NCBI GenBank assembly: GCA_951406725.2
Contig: OX597822.1
Span: 28,086,001-28,150,000, forward strand
Length of the DNA: 64,000 nt
Source: Octopus vulgaris
Lineage: Eukaryota
Reading direction: 5' to 3'
A model generated the notes under the pieces. It made no database searches. It was not told where the DNA came from and worked only from the letters and a program-made list of their open reading frames with translations. The position numbers and the translations under genes were made by a program. Shown one piece after another: positions 41,880-56,732 of the stretch (its first letter is position 1; every line of letters begins with the position of its first letter).

Positions 41880-42245
41880 TGAAGGCGCATGACTCAGTGG
41901 TTAGAGTGTCGAGCTTACGATCGTGGGGTTGTGAGTTCGATTCCCAGACTGGGCTCCGTGTTGTTCATGAGCCAGACACTTTATTTCACGTTGCACCAGT
42001 TCACTCAGATGTAGAAATGGGTTGCGACGTCACTGGTGCCAAGTTGTATCGGTATTTGCCTTTCCTATGGATGATATCGGTGGCGTGGAGAGGGGAGGCT
42101 GGTATGCATAGGCGTCTTCTGGTCTTCCATAAAAACAACCGTAGGATGTGCGTTCTCCGGTGAGGCAACTTTTCGCCCAGACTTGTACCCTGGAGGTGAA
42201 CCTCTTAGGTGCACCGATAGTCATTCGTGACCGACGGAGTCGAAT
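41880..42245 (+). mobile_element. tRNA-derived SINE (family C relative) with 15-bp TSD
   Basis: A/B boxes TGACTCAGTGG / GAGTTCGATTCCC; TACACCTAAGGCTGA at 41861-41875 and 42250-42264. Confidence 0.85.
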
Positions 42246-43829
42246 TTCTTACACCTAAGGCTGAGAGAGGGTTGAAGGAGGATTGGGGGAGGGTGGGTGT
42301 AGTGGCATCGAGTGGAACAGAATAAAATAGTGAGTGCAGTTTAGGCTCTTTAGTGCGACCGAGGAATCTGTCACTCAGTTTGATATCACCGCATAAGTCC
42401 TTGGCTTAACAATGGCATTGCAGGCATTCGGGCAACGTCATCGGTCCGAGTATAATCCCCTTCTTCTCAGGCAAAAATGGACCGCAGCCGCTACGTTCCA
42501 CTTCTGCAAAAATAATCTTAAGCAGTAGGAAGTATGCTTTATACGAATCAAATCAGCCAGCGTTTTCCAAGCCTCGATTAAATTTAAATTTCATTTTATT
42601 TCTGGAAATTCCCATTAATATTATATTTCTTCCACTAGATCGCGTCCCTTTCATCTTGCCAAGTCGAAGGAAATCAATATATTTTGAGCGGAGTTTGTGA
42701 CATCATTTTGATTCATGTTTGAAAAATGCCCTCTTACCTGAAGATTAAGATCAATGAAAAACAAGATAAATCACAAACATAATAATGTGTCATTTCCTTT
42801 CATTTAAAAATATTAAGCATCATACTATGTGAGGTGTAAAACAAAACCAATACGTTAAGGTGATATATATAGACGCTTTGTTAGAGCAATATATTGATTA
42901 TTTTCAAAGACAGTGATGTATTTGTAAAAGCACATTTCAGTCATGCGTTGATATTCACGTAGTGGCATAAAATCATTCTAACTTGAGGGAAAATATACAG
43001 ATTACATAGTTTGATATAAAGATTGAACCAAAAATTCTCTGAAATAAATAGCGTAGATACATCATAAATATTGTCGTATGATTATAAATTATACGTGTAA
43101 TAAATGTATTAAATCTGATATGGTTGGTATGCTTCGTCGTAAATTACGAATTCTTTTCTTACCTCTTTGCAAAGATATAGATTTCTATTTAATACTTACA
43201 CTCAGTGTCCTCTGTTCAAATGTTTGTTGATTATCATCGTGTTTTAATATGCATTAAGCTATAAGAATAACGTCTCTAATCCAGGTGTAAAATATACAGG
43301 TGTAGTTATTTTGATATATACACCTTGGTTTGTTGTTAATTCAACCAAGGTATTACAAGTTGATCTCGTGTTTTTCCTTGTTTCTGTCCTTACCTGAATA
43401 TTTTTCTCTCCTTGTTTGTCTATCATATCTGTTTGTTTATATTCCCAGAATTTTATATTGTCGTCCCTACCAAACGGAAGACTATCGGCAGGATGTGTCG
43501 ACATTGTGATGATATCTGATCGGCAACAGATGATGGATTGAGTGAATTTTTGTTTGTTATGTGTATCTTCCCTGCTTTTCCTGTTCATTTCTTTGTTGGA
43601 CTTCATTTCATCACACACACGCACGCACGCACACACACACACACACACACGCACACATGCTGGGTTTGCCATGAACTTTAGGCAAAAGATGACATAGAGA
43701 TCTCTATTCTTGTATGTGGTTTTCAATAATGTATTAGTTTGGTTTGTTCTCTGTGCTTCAATATCACATATTTCGAATGAAAGATTAAGCAGATTGTCAT
43801 CATGCATTGTTGATTAGATCATTTGCCTA

Positions 43830-44760
43830 CCACCGTCTTTTTTGTTGTCGTTCTCCTTTCTTCGTCCCCTCTTTTCTTCTCTCTCTTCTTCCTTCTACCT
43901 TTTTCGTTCCCTTTCTCTTCATCTCTAGCTTCGTTTCTTTCTTATTTCTCTCTCCAGCTTATTCTCTTTTTCCTTCTTACTGTTGCGGGAGTCGGGGGCT
44001 CCACCGGCACACCCGGGGTGCGGTCCTCCTCTTCTCCCGCAACTTGCACGTTTGTTGGTGAGCAACCATTGTTGCTCACCTTTCTTTTTCTTCTCGTTGA
44101 GGCATCGGCCTCAACGACTTCCTCTGTTTCTCCCTGCAATGGGAGAGCGGAGGGCACCCTCATCTTTCCCTGCTACGGACCTTACTACTGCCCCAGGAGC
44201 AGTCCTTCTTAATGTGGCCTGACTCCAGGCACGAGTGACACTTGGGGATGAGTGATCCTCAAGTATCACTGGATATTTTGAGCCAGCCATTTTCAAAAAT
44301 TCAGGGAAAGTCATTTCACCCGTGGCAACTGGGTTCCATAGGGTCAAAGTCGCCTTTGCATCCTCAAGTCGAGCGCAGGCTTTATCTCTATATTTAAGAG
44401 CCTGGGCCCGCTATCCCCCAGGCCCCTTCGGATGGCATCTGCAATCCACTCCGCTTCGGTGCCCGGGAGCAGACCACATTCTCAGGCCCTTATCACCAAC
44501 ACAATTTCCTTCCCCTCCAGAGGCTGGCCTGCCACAGTACAAGCTTCCTCAGGGGTGTCAAAAAGCAGTCACACCATGGCGTAATTGACACCCCTGGTCA
44601 CATAATAATTTTTGGCTGGCAAACACTTTGCCAGCTCTTTATTAATAATACCCTTGGGAAGAGGGCGATGATGTCACGCGACCTAGAATAGGTCCGTAGT
44701 ACCACCGTCCTCCTCTCAAGCTTTCTAATCCATTGCTTAAGTGGGACAACCTCCCACTCT
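43830..44760 (-). mobile_element. Decayed L1/Tx1-type ORF1 (gag-like zinc knuckle)
   Basis: YPVILED, then (frameshift) CHSCLESGHIKKDC = Cx2Cx4Hx4C at 44199-44240, then a low-complexity charged tail. Confidence 0.65.
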
Positions 44761-46598
44761 GAGGCACATTTTGTATTTGCCATGTTAAGAATCAGTTCAA
44801 AAGAAGAAAGAAAGTCCAAATAAATTAACAAGAATTCTAAAATGAAATATTCAAGTCAGTCCAAAAAATGAATACAAAATAAAATCCAAAAGAAACGCAA
44901 AAACAATTCCAAAAGAAAGAAAAAAAACAGATGGATAGAGAAAAGAAAACCAGTTCACACAGCAAATATCAATGACCAATAGGTAATCCTGTCCAATTCG
45001 TAGGTTCAATGGTAATCCAACAAGTTTCAATGGCAAAATCCAGTAAGTTCGAGCGAGGATACACTCCTTTTTTCTCCCATTACAACAAACAGCAGCCGCC
45101 GATAGCAGGCAGAGTTGCCTCGGAGCTGGGCGAAATTTATCAACCAACAAACAATTACTATTTGACAAATTACACCCAGCTCAAACGAAAACAAAACCAC
45201 CTACCTCGACGAAGTTATGCTGCTGTTCTTTTTTCTTTCAGTTAAATATCAGACGGAGCCAACACACTCACGTCCACCTCGGTTCTTTGAAATAAGCAAC
45301 ACCAACGCGTATATGCGGGAGCCTGCAAGCAAGCTACTTTATTGTATCAAATTTGCCATAAAGGTAGTACAAAGATTGGGTAGCTTTGCGGGCTGGACAA
45401 ACACATTAATGAATGAAAATGAAATAAAATGAATAAATGAGAGACGAAACCCAACATCCGCCTATTGGATTTTTCTCGAAAACATAGTTTCTTTTTTTAA
45501 AAATCAATATGAGGTTTCAAACCTTTTACAAGAAGGAGGCACTAAAACCTCTTACTTAAGATGTTTTTTTTAAACACACAATTGAGGTTTTAAAACACTA
45601 AAAATAATACAATAAGATGAGGTTTCAAACCCTCTAACGAGGCTTTTTCACCCCCTACTCATCGATATATCCATCAATGTATCCATCATTATCTTCAATG
45701 CCGCTTGAGTTCCTGTATCCCGCCATTTCTCATGCCTCACTCATGAAGGACATCTGGGTCGTGTAATGTCCATCCGGCCATATACGAACCTCCTCCCCAT
45801 ATCCTTTAAGCCTATCCCACAAGGGAAACCTTATGACCTCCACAGCTATCTGCGGAGGCCATTCGGAATCCCGTGTGAAGGTCATATCTACTGTCTCTTT
45901 ATGTTCTACTATTTTTCCACCTCTCCGCCCTTGTAGAAAAAGATAATTAATTCATCATCTTTAAGGGTGATGGTCGTTTCTTCCACCGTGGGTGGCACAA
46001 CTTCGGGACATGCAGACGGCACATCATCTCCCCACTGCGAGCTACTTACCACACAGCCACTCCTGACAAAATTAAACCCATAGATATAGTGAATGACAAA
46101 ATACAGTCATAATCAGAATACAAAATACAAATATAAATTAACAGACAAAAAATGCACACATACATGCTTAAAAAATCTGCAATATGATAAGCTTAATACA
46201 ATAATACAATATGATAAACTTAAGTAACATGGAATATACCAATATATATCTATTTATATATGGACACACATACACTTCCAATGCACATTTTTATTACTTT
46301 AATTATACATATTAATATTAGTACAGGCTAGTTCCAACCCATATACAAGGTATTGTATAAAGTTTCATATAAATATACACACATATATACTTCTTATATA
46401 CGTTTAAATATCTTTAAAATCAAAGATAAGTACACATAATATAATAAAGAAAAAAATTAAGATCGAACCGCACGATCCCGAGTTCAGTCCCACTGCTTGG
46501 CAGCTTGGGCAAGCGTCCTCTACTATAGCCTCGGGCCAACCAAAGACTTGTGAGCGGATTTGGTAGACGGAAACTGGAAGAATCCCGTCGTATATGTG

Positions 46599-46650
<52 letters not shown>

Positions 46651-47196
46651 TCCCCCAAACATCGCTTGACAACCGATGCTGTTTGTTTACGTCCCCGTAA
46701 CTTAGCGGTTCGGCAAAAGAGTCCGAAAGAATAAGTACTACGTTTACAAAGAATAAGCTCTGGCGTCGATTTGCTCGACGAAAGATGGTGCTCCAGCATA
46801 GCCGCAGTCAAATGACTGAAACAAGTAAAAGAGTAGATTGTATCAATAGTGTTTCAAATGTTAACTGCATTTACACAACTGTCAAAATGAGCATTTTAGT
46901 ATGTGGTTGCATCTAATATCACTTCCGAAATGGCCATTCACATATTTACTAGAATGTTTTGCATTAGTTTTTTATAAATTTAATGAATTCTTTGTCTCGT
47001 GATACCCTAATGATATTGTTGCTTCTACACCAGTTCATGTAAGACTTTTCCCGTGAAACTGCTACCAAACCTAGCTTGTAGTCTTGTTTGCCTTCGTGCC
47101 GAAATCGCCTTTAACTTCACTCTAGAGCAGCTGAAGTAATTTGTGCCCTTGTTTTTGATTTCTCATGCCCTTGTTAGTTAACGTTCTCTATGCTGC

Positions 47197-47232
<36 letters not shown>

Positions 47233-48039
47233 AGTATCAAATTATCATTTCTTTTAGGTTAGCGTATGTTTCTTTGCACATGAGTTTATCAAAATACCGA
47301 AGCATGCAGTATATAGCTGATCTGATGAAATATCCTTAGAAATGGGAGGAATATTTGGAAAGATGGATATTCAAATAATCAAAAAATAGATACATCCGTA
47401 TGTAGTAGGATTTCCTGTTATATCGATCGATGTATCAGGGGAATAAACAATGTGGTAAGAAATGAAAGGATGGATAACGAGTAGATTCGAGTTTGTGATA
47501 GGTGCATGATTAGTTCGAAATAGAAAGATTTGAGTGCTATAGAGATCAGTTGGAGAAAGCGTAGGCGGAGGAATGAAGGGTGAAGTACAAATTATCTTTT
47601 AGACATAGAAAGGGAAGAAGAAGAAGAAGAAGAAGAGGAAGGCCGGCGCTAAAATCTTAAATGTATAAGAATTATATGAACGGGAATTGTTGCGAACAAA
47701 CGAAAATGAGTGCTCAATAGGTGAAGCAGAGTATATGGTTTTATGTAACTATGTGTATATGTATATTTATATACACGTACGTGGTCACCCCAATTTTATC
47801 TTGCCGCATATCTTCAACTACATACCAGCACTCCACCTGAATTACCATTGCATATACTGACTCTACTTTTGCGGATTTCACCGGATTTTTTCGTTGATGT
47901 AAATCGCTCCAATCTACCACGACTTTTTGAACTTTCTGCTCTTTCATTCTACATACGTTATTACTTTGCCTTTGTCCTTTTCTCATGTTTTCTCTCCCTT
48001 TTCCGGCATGCCTAATTACAAATCTTTCCTCCTTCACAT

Positions 48040-48560
48040 TCATCACCGCCTAAAAAAACCTACCTTTTCACTTCTCCTTTCCGCGGCTTCCAACCTTCTT
48101 TCGCTACTGATATTCAAAAAAAAAAAAAAAACTCGCTTCTGTAGTCATGTTTCCTTTCTCAGTCGCTGCCCTCATCACCACCTGATCCCCAAAGGTTTCC
48201 GCTTCAATTTCCACCCCACGTTCCATTCTGCTTCTGCGATTCTACCCATACTCCGCACTACTTCCTACCGCCTTATGCGTGCCATCGTTCGTTCTAATCT
48301 CTCTAAAATACACACCCTCGATCGCCTTCTCCCTCTCGCTTATATTCCACCTTTTTCTCCTACTTTTCACCGTCCGTTGCACATACCTACGCTTCGTACT
48401 TCATCTAAATCATCTTTTCCACGAGTTCCTCGCTCGCACTAAAGAACATAAACTGCGTTCACCCTTTCATTCTATCGCACCCGATGCCACTACACCTACC
48501 CCTTCTCACATCTCCCTCGCCGATCTACTCATCGTCACTCCCAGCCTTCCCTTACTCTAA
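48040..48560 (+). mobile_element. N-terminal fragment of a Penelope-like element ORF
   Basis: HVSFLSRCPHHHLIPKGF matches the HxxFLxxCxxxxxxPKG N-terminal signature of Penelope-like ORFs; C/T-rich coding strand; frameshifted and truncated. Confidence 0.65.
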
Positions 48561-50479
48561 ACACCAACAACAGATGTCAAAAGAGGTGGGGAGCAAACAG
48601 ACACACATGCAGAGATATGCATTCGTATAAATACGACGGTTCAGTTTCTATCTAAGAAATCCTCTCACAAGGCTTTGGTAGACCCGATGATGTAAAAGAG
48701 GACACTTGTCCAAAATGGCACGCAGTGGGACTGAACCCGGAACCACATGGTTCGGAAGCAAGCTTCTTACCACGCAGCCACTCCTGCGCCTCTGCGTGTG
48801 CGATTGTATGTATATATTTACGTATGCGTGTGTTTGTATCCATAGATGTGTGTGTGTTTATGTAAGTGTATTCTGTCAAACAGCAAATTAGATGCAACTA
48901 ATTGCTTCACGTGTTAAATACGCTTCTAAAATTCCCACTTTATTTTGCGTCTTAAATTATGATTTAAAAATTAATGAGCCCAGAGCAGACATCTCGCTCA
49001 TTTCTTTTGACTTAATTATATTTAGCTATAGAGCTATTTATCAATATAATCAATGTTTTACAGTCTCTGCTTCCATTAATAATAGCTTAGCGATGCGTTT
49101 CTCACAAATTTTGTGAGGACAACATTGATTATAACTTAAAAAATGGATTTTCTGATAAGTCATCAAATACTGCATTTATTAACACTACTTTTATTTATAA
49201 TTGCTTCAAAATTTTCTATGTATCGCATGATTCTGTTTTAGTTGGGTACATTTGTGGGGATGGGGGGCGGATTAACTGTTGAATTTTGTTTTAAAAAGAA
49301 AATGTATAACTTTCGTTTCTCAAATCATATGGTAGTTATCTCCCTTGACTGATTCAACAATTTAGGATTTTCTTGGGCAGTTTTCTGTACTAATAGTAAC
49401 AATAATGTCAGGTAATTCTAATATTCCAACTAACCCTAATACATACGTGAGACTTTATATATTTATTTACAAGTATATTGATACCAACATCACTAGTTTA
49501 AACATACAATACTTCATGAAGGAAGTCCAATACAACGGAAATGTAATTTTCCTTTGCATCAATCGGGTAAAGTTTTCAGAGTTAACTTTTAGATTTTATA
49601 TAAGCCTAGAGAGAGCTTTTTTTCTTCAATTAAATAATGTCAAGTAACCGAAATTTCTCATCTCGTTATATAACATATAGGTGATGCTACCTCTACTATG
49701 TAGAAGGTTGCCACAAGTGTCTTCTTTAGCCTTAAGGTGAACAAAAAACTGAGGTTAGCGGAACAATTTATGGCAGGTATATGAATGTTAAAGATGGTGA
49801 CGCTAATAAAGATAGTGAAAGACAGGGAACACCATATACAGAGCGATTTATTTATCGCTTAAGCAGAAATATTACAAATGTTATTGTGATAAATAGTAGG
49901 ACCAGGTGTTAAGCCGCTATTCCTTTCACCGATAAACTATTTAATATCTAACTCCCTATCAATGCAAATATTTCAACCAGTGCATTGTTAATAGCAAATG
50001 AGAGCAGAAATTAACAAACACACACATTCTGGAAAGAAGCTTGCTTCCCAACCAGATGGTTCTGGGTTCAGTCCCACTGCGTGGCACCTTGGGTAAGTGT
50101 CTATTATAGCCCCGAATCGACCAAAGTGTGTGTGTGTGTAGACCCACCACAGCTTTACTACTTATGTTGGTGCGTTTGCGTGGCCGTAAATTAGCGCTTC
50201 GGCAAAATAGACCGATAGAATAAGTACTAAGCTTACAAAGATGAAGTCCTGTGGTAGATTTCTTCGACTAAATAAAAAACGTTTAAGTTGGTGCTCCAGT
50301 ATGGCCGCAGTCAAAGAAACGAGATAGATAGATAGACATGCATGCATGCATCTATACAAACATGTATAATGTATGTTACATACAGTTGGAATTTACAAAA
50401 AAAAACAAACAAAGACGTGTGTAAACAAACAGATGTATTAGTTTAACGCTCGGGATGTGAGAATGTCTTACACACAAAC

Positions 50480-50483
50480 TTTT

Positions 50484-50527
<44 letters not shown>

Positions 50528-50748
50528 CACATACACATATATATATACACATACACATGCATACACACACACACATATATATACACATATATATACATGC
50601 ATACACACACATATATATATACACATATACATACATGCATACACACACACATATATATACACATATACATACACACACACATATACACATATACACATAT
50701 ACATACACATACATGCATACACACACATATATATATATATACACACAC

Positions 50749-50779
<31 letters not shown>

Positions 50780-51698
50780 TATATATATACATATATATAC
50801 ACACACACATATATATATATACATATATACACACACACATATATATATATACATATATACACACACACACATATATACATATATACACACACACACATAT
50901 ATACATATATACACACACACATATATATACATATATACACACACACACATATATACATACACACACATATATACATATATACACACACACACATATACAT
51001 ACACATATATATACATATATACACACACATATATACATACACATATATATATACATATATACACACACACACATATACATACACATATATATATACATAT
51101 ATACACACACACATATATACATACACATATATATATACATATATACACACACACATATATACATACACATATATATATACATATATACACACACACATAT
51201 ATACATACACATATACACACACACATATATACATACACATATATATATATATACATATATATATACATATATACACACACACATATATACATACACATAT
51301 ATATAGACATATATACACACACACATATATACATACACATATATATATACATATATACACACACACACATATATATATACATATATACACACACACATAC
51401 ATACATATATATATATACATATATACACACACATACATACATATATATATACATATATACACACACACATACATACACATATATATATACACACATATAT
51501 ACACATATACACACATATATACACATATACACACACACATATATATATATACACACACATATATATATATATACACACACACACATACACACACACATAT
51601 ATATATACACACACATATACACACACACACATACACACACACACATACACACATATATATATACACACACACATATACACACACACACATACACACAC

Positions 51699-51741
<43 letters not shown>

Positions 51742-52024
51742 CACACATACACACACACACACATATATATATACACACACACACATATATATATACACAC
51801 ACACACATATATATACACACACACATATATATACACATATACACACACACACACATTCACATACACACATATATATACATACATATATACACATACACAC
51901 ACATATATATACACACATATATACACACATATATACACATACACACACACATACATATATATACACACATATATACACATACACACACACATACATATAT
52001 ATACACACATATATACACATACAC

Positions 52025-52062
<38 letters not shown>

Positions 52063-52315
52063 ATATACACACATATATACACACACACATATACGTACAT
52101 ATATATATACACACATATACGTACATATATATACACACATATACGTACATATATATATACACACATATACGTACATACATATATATATACACACACACAC
52201 ACATATATATATACACACACACATACACACATACACACATATATACATATACATATATATTACTCTTAAACTGTCAAACATATTCTCGCACATATTCACA
52301 CACATACATGCATGT
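50480..52315. repeat. 1.8-kb compound (CA)n/(TA)n microsatellite
   Basis: Near-strict purine/pyrimidine alternation; yields ~620-aa artefact ORFs. Confidence 0.97.
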
Positions 52316-55300
52316 AAGTTTTTAACAATCCAATCTGTTAAATATCTTTGCCATATGGAATACTTTTCAACATTATCACGTCCAACTGAACCAGGAACAT
52401 TTAAAATCGCATTGAGAACAGAATGTACTTCACATAAAGAAACCAGAAACTAGCATTAAAATCTATTAATCAAATACAAGTGCGCACACAAAAAACCCGT
52501 TGGTTGAAGGTTCGTCTCTATTCGTCCAGTTACTGAAACAGAGTTGACTTTCAAAACATTTTTATTTTCCACTCCGTATCTTTGTCTATGAGACGACTAG
52601 ATGTTTTAAACAAATTCTTCGCTGCCAGAGTAAGATTGTCCTAGGAATATAGACTATTTCCAAAGAATATGGAGGTTTCAGTGTCAATATAAAGTTACAT
52701 GTGAAGGGAGCAACTAGTATTGAGTCTCTGGACACTAGAAGGATTTTCTACGCAGCCGTTAAAGATTTTTAAAAAAAACGAAATTTGGCAAGCGATGACA
52801 ATGAATGGGTGAAATGTATGATTTAAGATTCTTCCTCAGAACTTGTTTCTCATATGGTACATCGGTCAACAAATATTTAAAACTTCATGTTATTTTTCCA
52901 ATCATCGAGAAAGTTGTCACAATATTAACCCAAGCAACAGGAAACAAAAGGTGCAGTAATGCTCAATAATTAATTATTGAAGCTTATAATAGATCATGCA
53001 AAGTCATAGAAATAACGGTCATACGGTAATATTATTGAAGGGTCGGCAACAGATCTCTGTTGAGTCCTGGAATGAAGAAGCTTTATCAAAAAATACATCG
53101 GCATAAACAGAAAATTAACATTTCATTATAATGCTTCCTGGAAACTTGAATCCAAAGCTTGACCTTTTAAAGGGTTCCTGTCATGTCGTTTTAAACCTAC
53201 ATAGGATGTATATGCATGCTTACAAGTATGTAAGCTTTACATCAGAACCGATTTCACTCCATGAACCAAAATTACCATTATTCATTTCTAGGGAATCCAT
53301 TTTCTAATGACGGTAAGCAGATTGCAAGGCCCGCATTTCAATCAAATAGATTAGTTTCACCTATACCTTATGTTCATTTAAATCAAAGTAATACTAGAAA
53401 TTATGCTAACTCGAAATTAGACATTGAAGATTACGATGGTCAAGCATAAATCAGAGAACCTAGCATTTTTGCAAAAGAATTATATTACACAACCAAATAT
53501 TAATATAAAGATAATACATTTCATAATCAAATCCCGTAAATGTTATAAGGCTTCGAGCAATTTTTTAATAATTATATTTGAAATATCTTAATTTTTTCAT
53601 TTCTCAGAATATATACTCTGATTATTACCACTAAAACAACAGAACAGATGAAGTAATGATTATCCTTTATTTTTATTACTTCTAATCTACCTACGCTCCA
53701 AGTTAGTACATAAAACAACTAAGAAAGATCGATAAAGTAGCACAAAATCGGTTGTGAATCTGTTTGGTTATTCTAAGTAGCGGAAATCTTGTTCACTGGA
53801 ATCCTTAACCGATTACACAAGAGTTAAGCATTACGTTTCGACATATGTACCAAATGCATTTTTACTATACCCATTCTATAGTAAGAACAGAAATATCGTT
53901 AGAAACCGCCTAGTTTTTCCTTTAGCGTTATTGGAGAGACAAGGCTGTCATACGTGTAATCACTACATACAGTATGTAATACCCATTTCCTTGTCCAAAT
54001 ATAATGGACTACCTCTGTAAATGATGTAGAGGGTAGTGATAAGGAGTACAGTTGGTGGTAATGAATATTTTACTGAGCTTGTTTTGTATTTCAGAATAAA
54101 AATGAAAGTTAAGATTCTTTTTATTCGGAAGTGTGTAAATAATCTTGTTAGCGAAGTTGGATGTCTGAAAAATAGGAAGATCTTGTCAAACCAGAAGAAG
54201 TCTAATCCGCTTAACTAAAATGTTTTATTACGTATCGAAACTTCAATTTGGTAACATGTTTTACAGCAGTTCCACTAAATAGCAATTAATTCTCTAAATA
54301 TATTTGTCACATGTAGCGCTTGGATGATGTAGCACCTCTTTATTCGCTCATCACAAAGATGCGTCGAATCAGAATGGATTCAATAGACAATGCACTTGCT
54401 TGAGTGAAGCTATCAAGGAAATAAAGTAGGCCTCTATGTATAGAGATTAAGTTAAAAACATCTTCGATGCCAATAAAGAGATCATCTGTCTAATATCGTT
54501 AACAACACTCCTCAAATTATTGTGCACTAAACGATGTAAAATGGATGTATTGCATCGAAATATTCAATGGAAACCTAGGTGTTTCCACAGAAAGGCATGA
54601 TAACCTACTTATTGAATACTATCTTGCAACATCCCAGGGTAAGCTTAACAGAAGGAAAATATTCATTGCACTCCTATAAGGTATAGTCGTCAATTTCATT
54701 AATCTAAGTTTATGACAAATATAGGTCACATTGAATTCCGTAATATTTAATCGAGTATATACTGTATAATTTCGTTGAATCAACTGGCAATTTTGTATAA
54801 AATTGTTAATATAAGTTTGACAAAACTGAGAAACTCAAAGTATGATACGTGAAAAACTCGACGTACGAGCAAAAATCTAAACTCCATTTGGAAATTGCGC
54901 TCGAAAATCATTCATAAAACGTTGATTTCGTCTCCAGCATAAAAAAACTGCGTAAATAAATGATTTAAGTATCATTAACATAACTTCAAGGGAACAGTAA
55001 ACCCGTGACACGTATATTGTCCATGTTGTAATTTAAGTATTTTCTAAAAAATCAATTATGATTTGTCTCAAATACTATGGAATGATTATTACTATAGAGA
55101 TCGTATAAATATTATTCAAAGATGAATGAGTCGCTTTCTCAATTTTGCCAAATGTTGAGATTAAATTCTGTAAAACTAAACTATACAAACTAATAAACGA
55201 TGGATTGTAAGAGAGTATTCTCGTATCCACTACTGCTGGTGTTTAAAAATCATTTTAACTTTGGAAGAAAAATAACTCGTCTCTAGAGTTATTTCCCCTG

Positions 55301-55569
55301 AATTAACACTGCATCAAAAATATTTTTGCGATATGGAGTTATGTCCCTTAGTTTTCGTTAGAAATTTATCTGTTTCATTTCTTCAAAACGGACTAACTAA
55401 AAAGTAATGAATAATAGGAGATATTATTGAAGGTTGTCACTGCAATTAAAACCTGTAGCCTTTCACATGTGCTAGAAAGTGATATATTAAAAAGACACAG
55501 CTATTTTTCATTCAAATAATTTTATTTCTAACATACATTATGTAGTTTCTTCCAAAGTTTTACGGCATT

Positions 55570-55597
55570 CAGTCTTCCGATGCTTTCTGTTCAGCAA
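55570..55597 (-). CDS. Possible small downstream GEN1 exon
   Basis: Good acceptor TTTCTTGCAG; reads VAEQKASED* if joined in phase 1, or LLNRKHRKTECRKNF... in phase 0. Frame and right boundary of coding part unresolved. Confidence 0.3.
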
Positions 55598-56624
55598 CTG
55601 CAAGAAACATTCGAATTTTTTTATTAAATTTAATTTAGTAATGAATTTTTTTTCTTTTTTCGTAATTCCCAAGTGTTATTGAAATATTAATATTCAATTA
55701 CAACAGAACTTATGGTAAATCTTGTAGGCAATAACTAAATAATACTGGACAGTGAAGATATGTGGTCATTTGCACCTCCTTGAATTTTTTCTTTTTATTA
55801 TCACATGCAGCGTGTAGTAGACGTAATTGGTTCGCTAATTAATGTATTCATGTTAAATAAAAGTTTCTAATTAAAATCGTAACATGAGAAATTAATGGAA
55901 TGAATTAAGATTATTACAGTTATGAATATTAAACTAAATTCAGAATTTTATTTGCTTTTGCATTAGATATTAAATATACTGCTTGCCGAAGTCTGAATAT
56001 AACCCGGGCCTAGAAAAGCTTATTCACAAAAATTTAGACTTTTGTCCTCTCTAAAGAAATTTAATTTTTTTCAATTTTTATGCGCCCTTTTCAAGCCTAG
56101 CCAGGCTCATGGGCCCGGTTTCCCGGTTTTTGTGACGTATGTGCTCCCCCCAGTCCATCGCAGCGTTACTCAAGAAACAGGAAGAAAGAGTGAGAGAAAG
56201 TTGGGGCAAAATAGTACAACAGGGATCGCCACCACCCCCTGCCGGAGCATCGTGGAGCTTTGTTTTCGCTCAATAAACACACACAACGCCCGGTCTGAGA
56301 ATTGAAACCGCGATCCTCCGACCGCAAGTCCCCTGCCCTAACCACTGGGCCATTGCACCTCCAAAGAAATAATTAGTGGGTTGTATTTACCAATTCATTG
56401 AGAATATAGTGTGCATTGCAGCCAGCATGTATTCACATACATCTTTGTGTTGCAATTTTGTATCATTTTTGAGGTATAAATTTTGAAGATTAAAGAAAAC
56501 CTAGGTGACACACTAAAAGTCGACAACCAGTTATCTTCGAAATGATAATGGTAAAAGCTTTTGATTAGATTTGTTGGGAGAATTACTATCACAATTATAT
56601 TAAGACATAAAAACTCATACACAC

Positions 56625-56732
56625 CAGCGCTGATGGACTCTTCAAACTTTTCTGCCATAGTTGGGAAGCATGCTGTAAACTTCTTAATATCAACAAAACT
56701 TGTGTAGACTTTCAGTTTGGTCCAATTTTCTT
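56625..56732 (-). CDS. GEN1: GEN1 exon (chromodomain C-terminal part)
   Basis: AG acceptor in phase 1; ENWTKLKVYTSFVDIKKFTACFPTMAEKFEE vs GEN1 LLTIEEESLFEAAYPEIV. Donor uncertain by a few nt. Confidence 0.75.

Noticed and set aside
47322-47346. CTGATGA...GAAA as a hammerhead
   Set aside because: No stem II pairing and no NUH triplet in register.
50376-52453. ~620-aa ORFs and all other YI/CV/HT-rich ORFs in the track
   Set aside because: Translations of (TA)n/(CA)n microsatellites, which lack stop codons; not genes.
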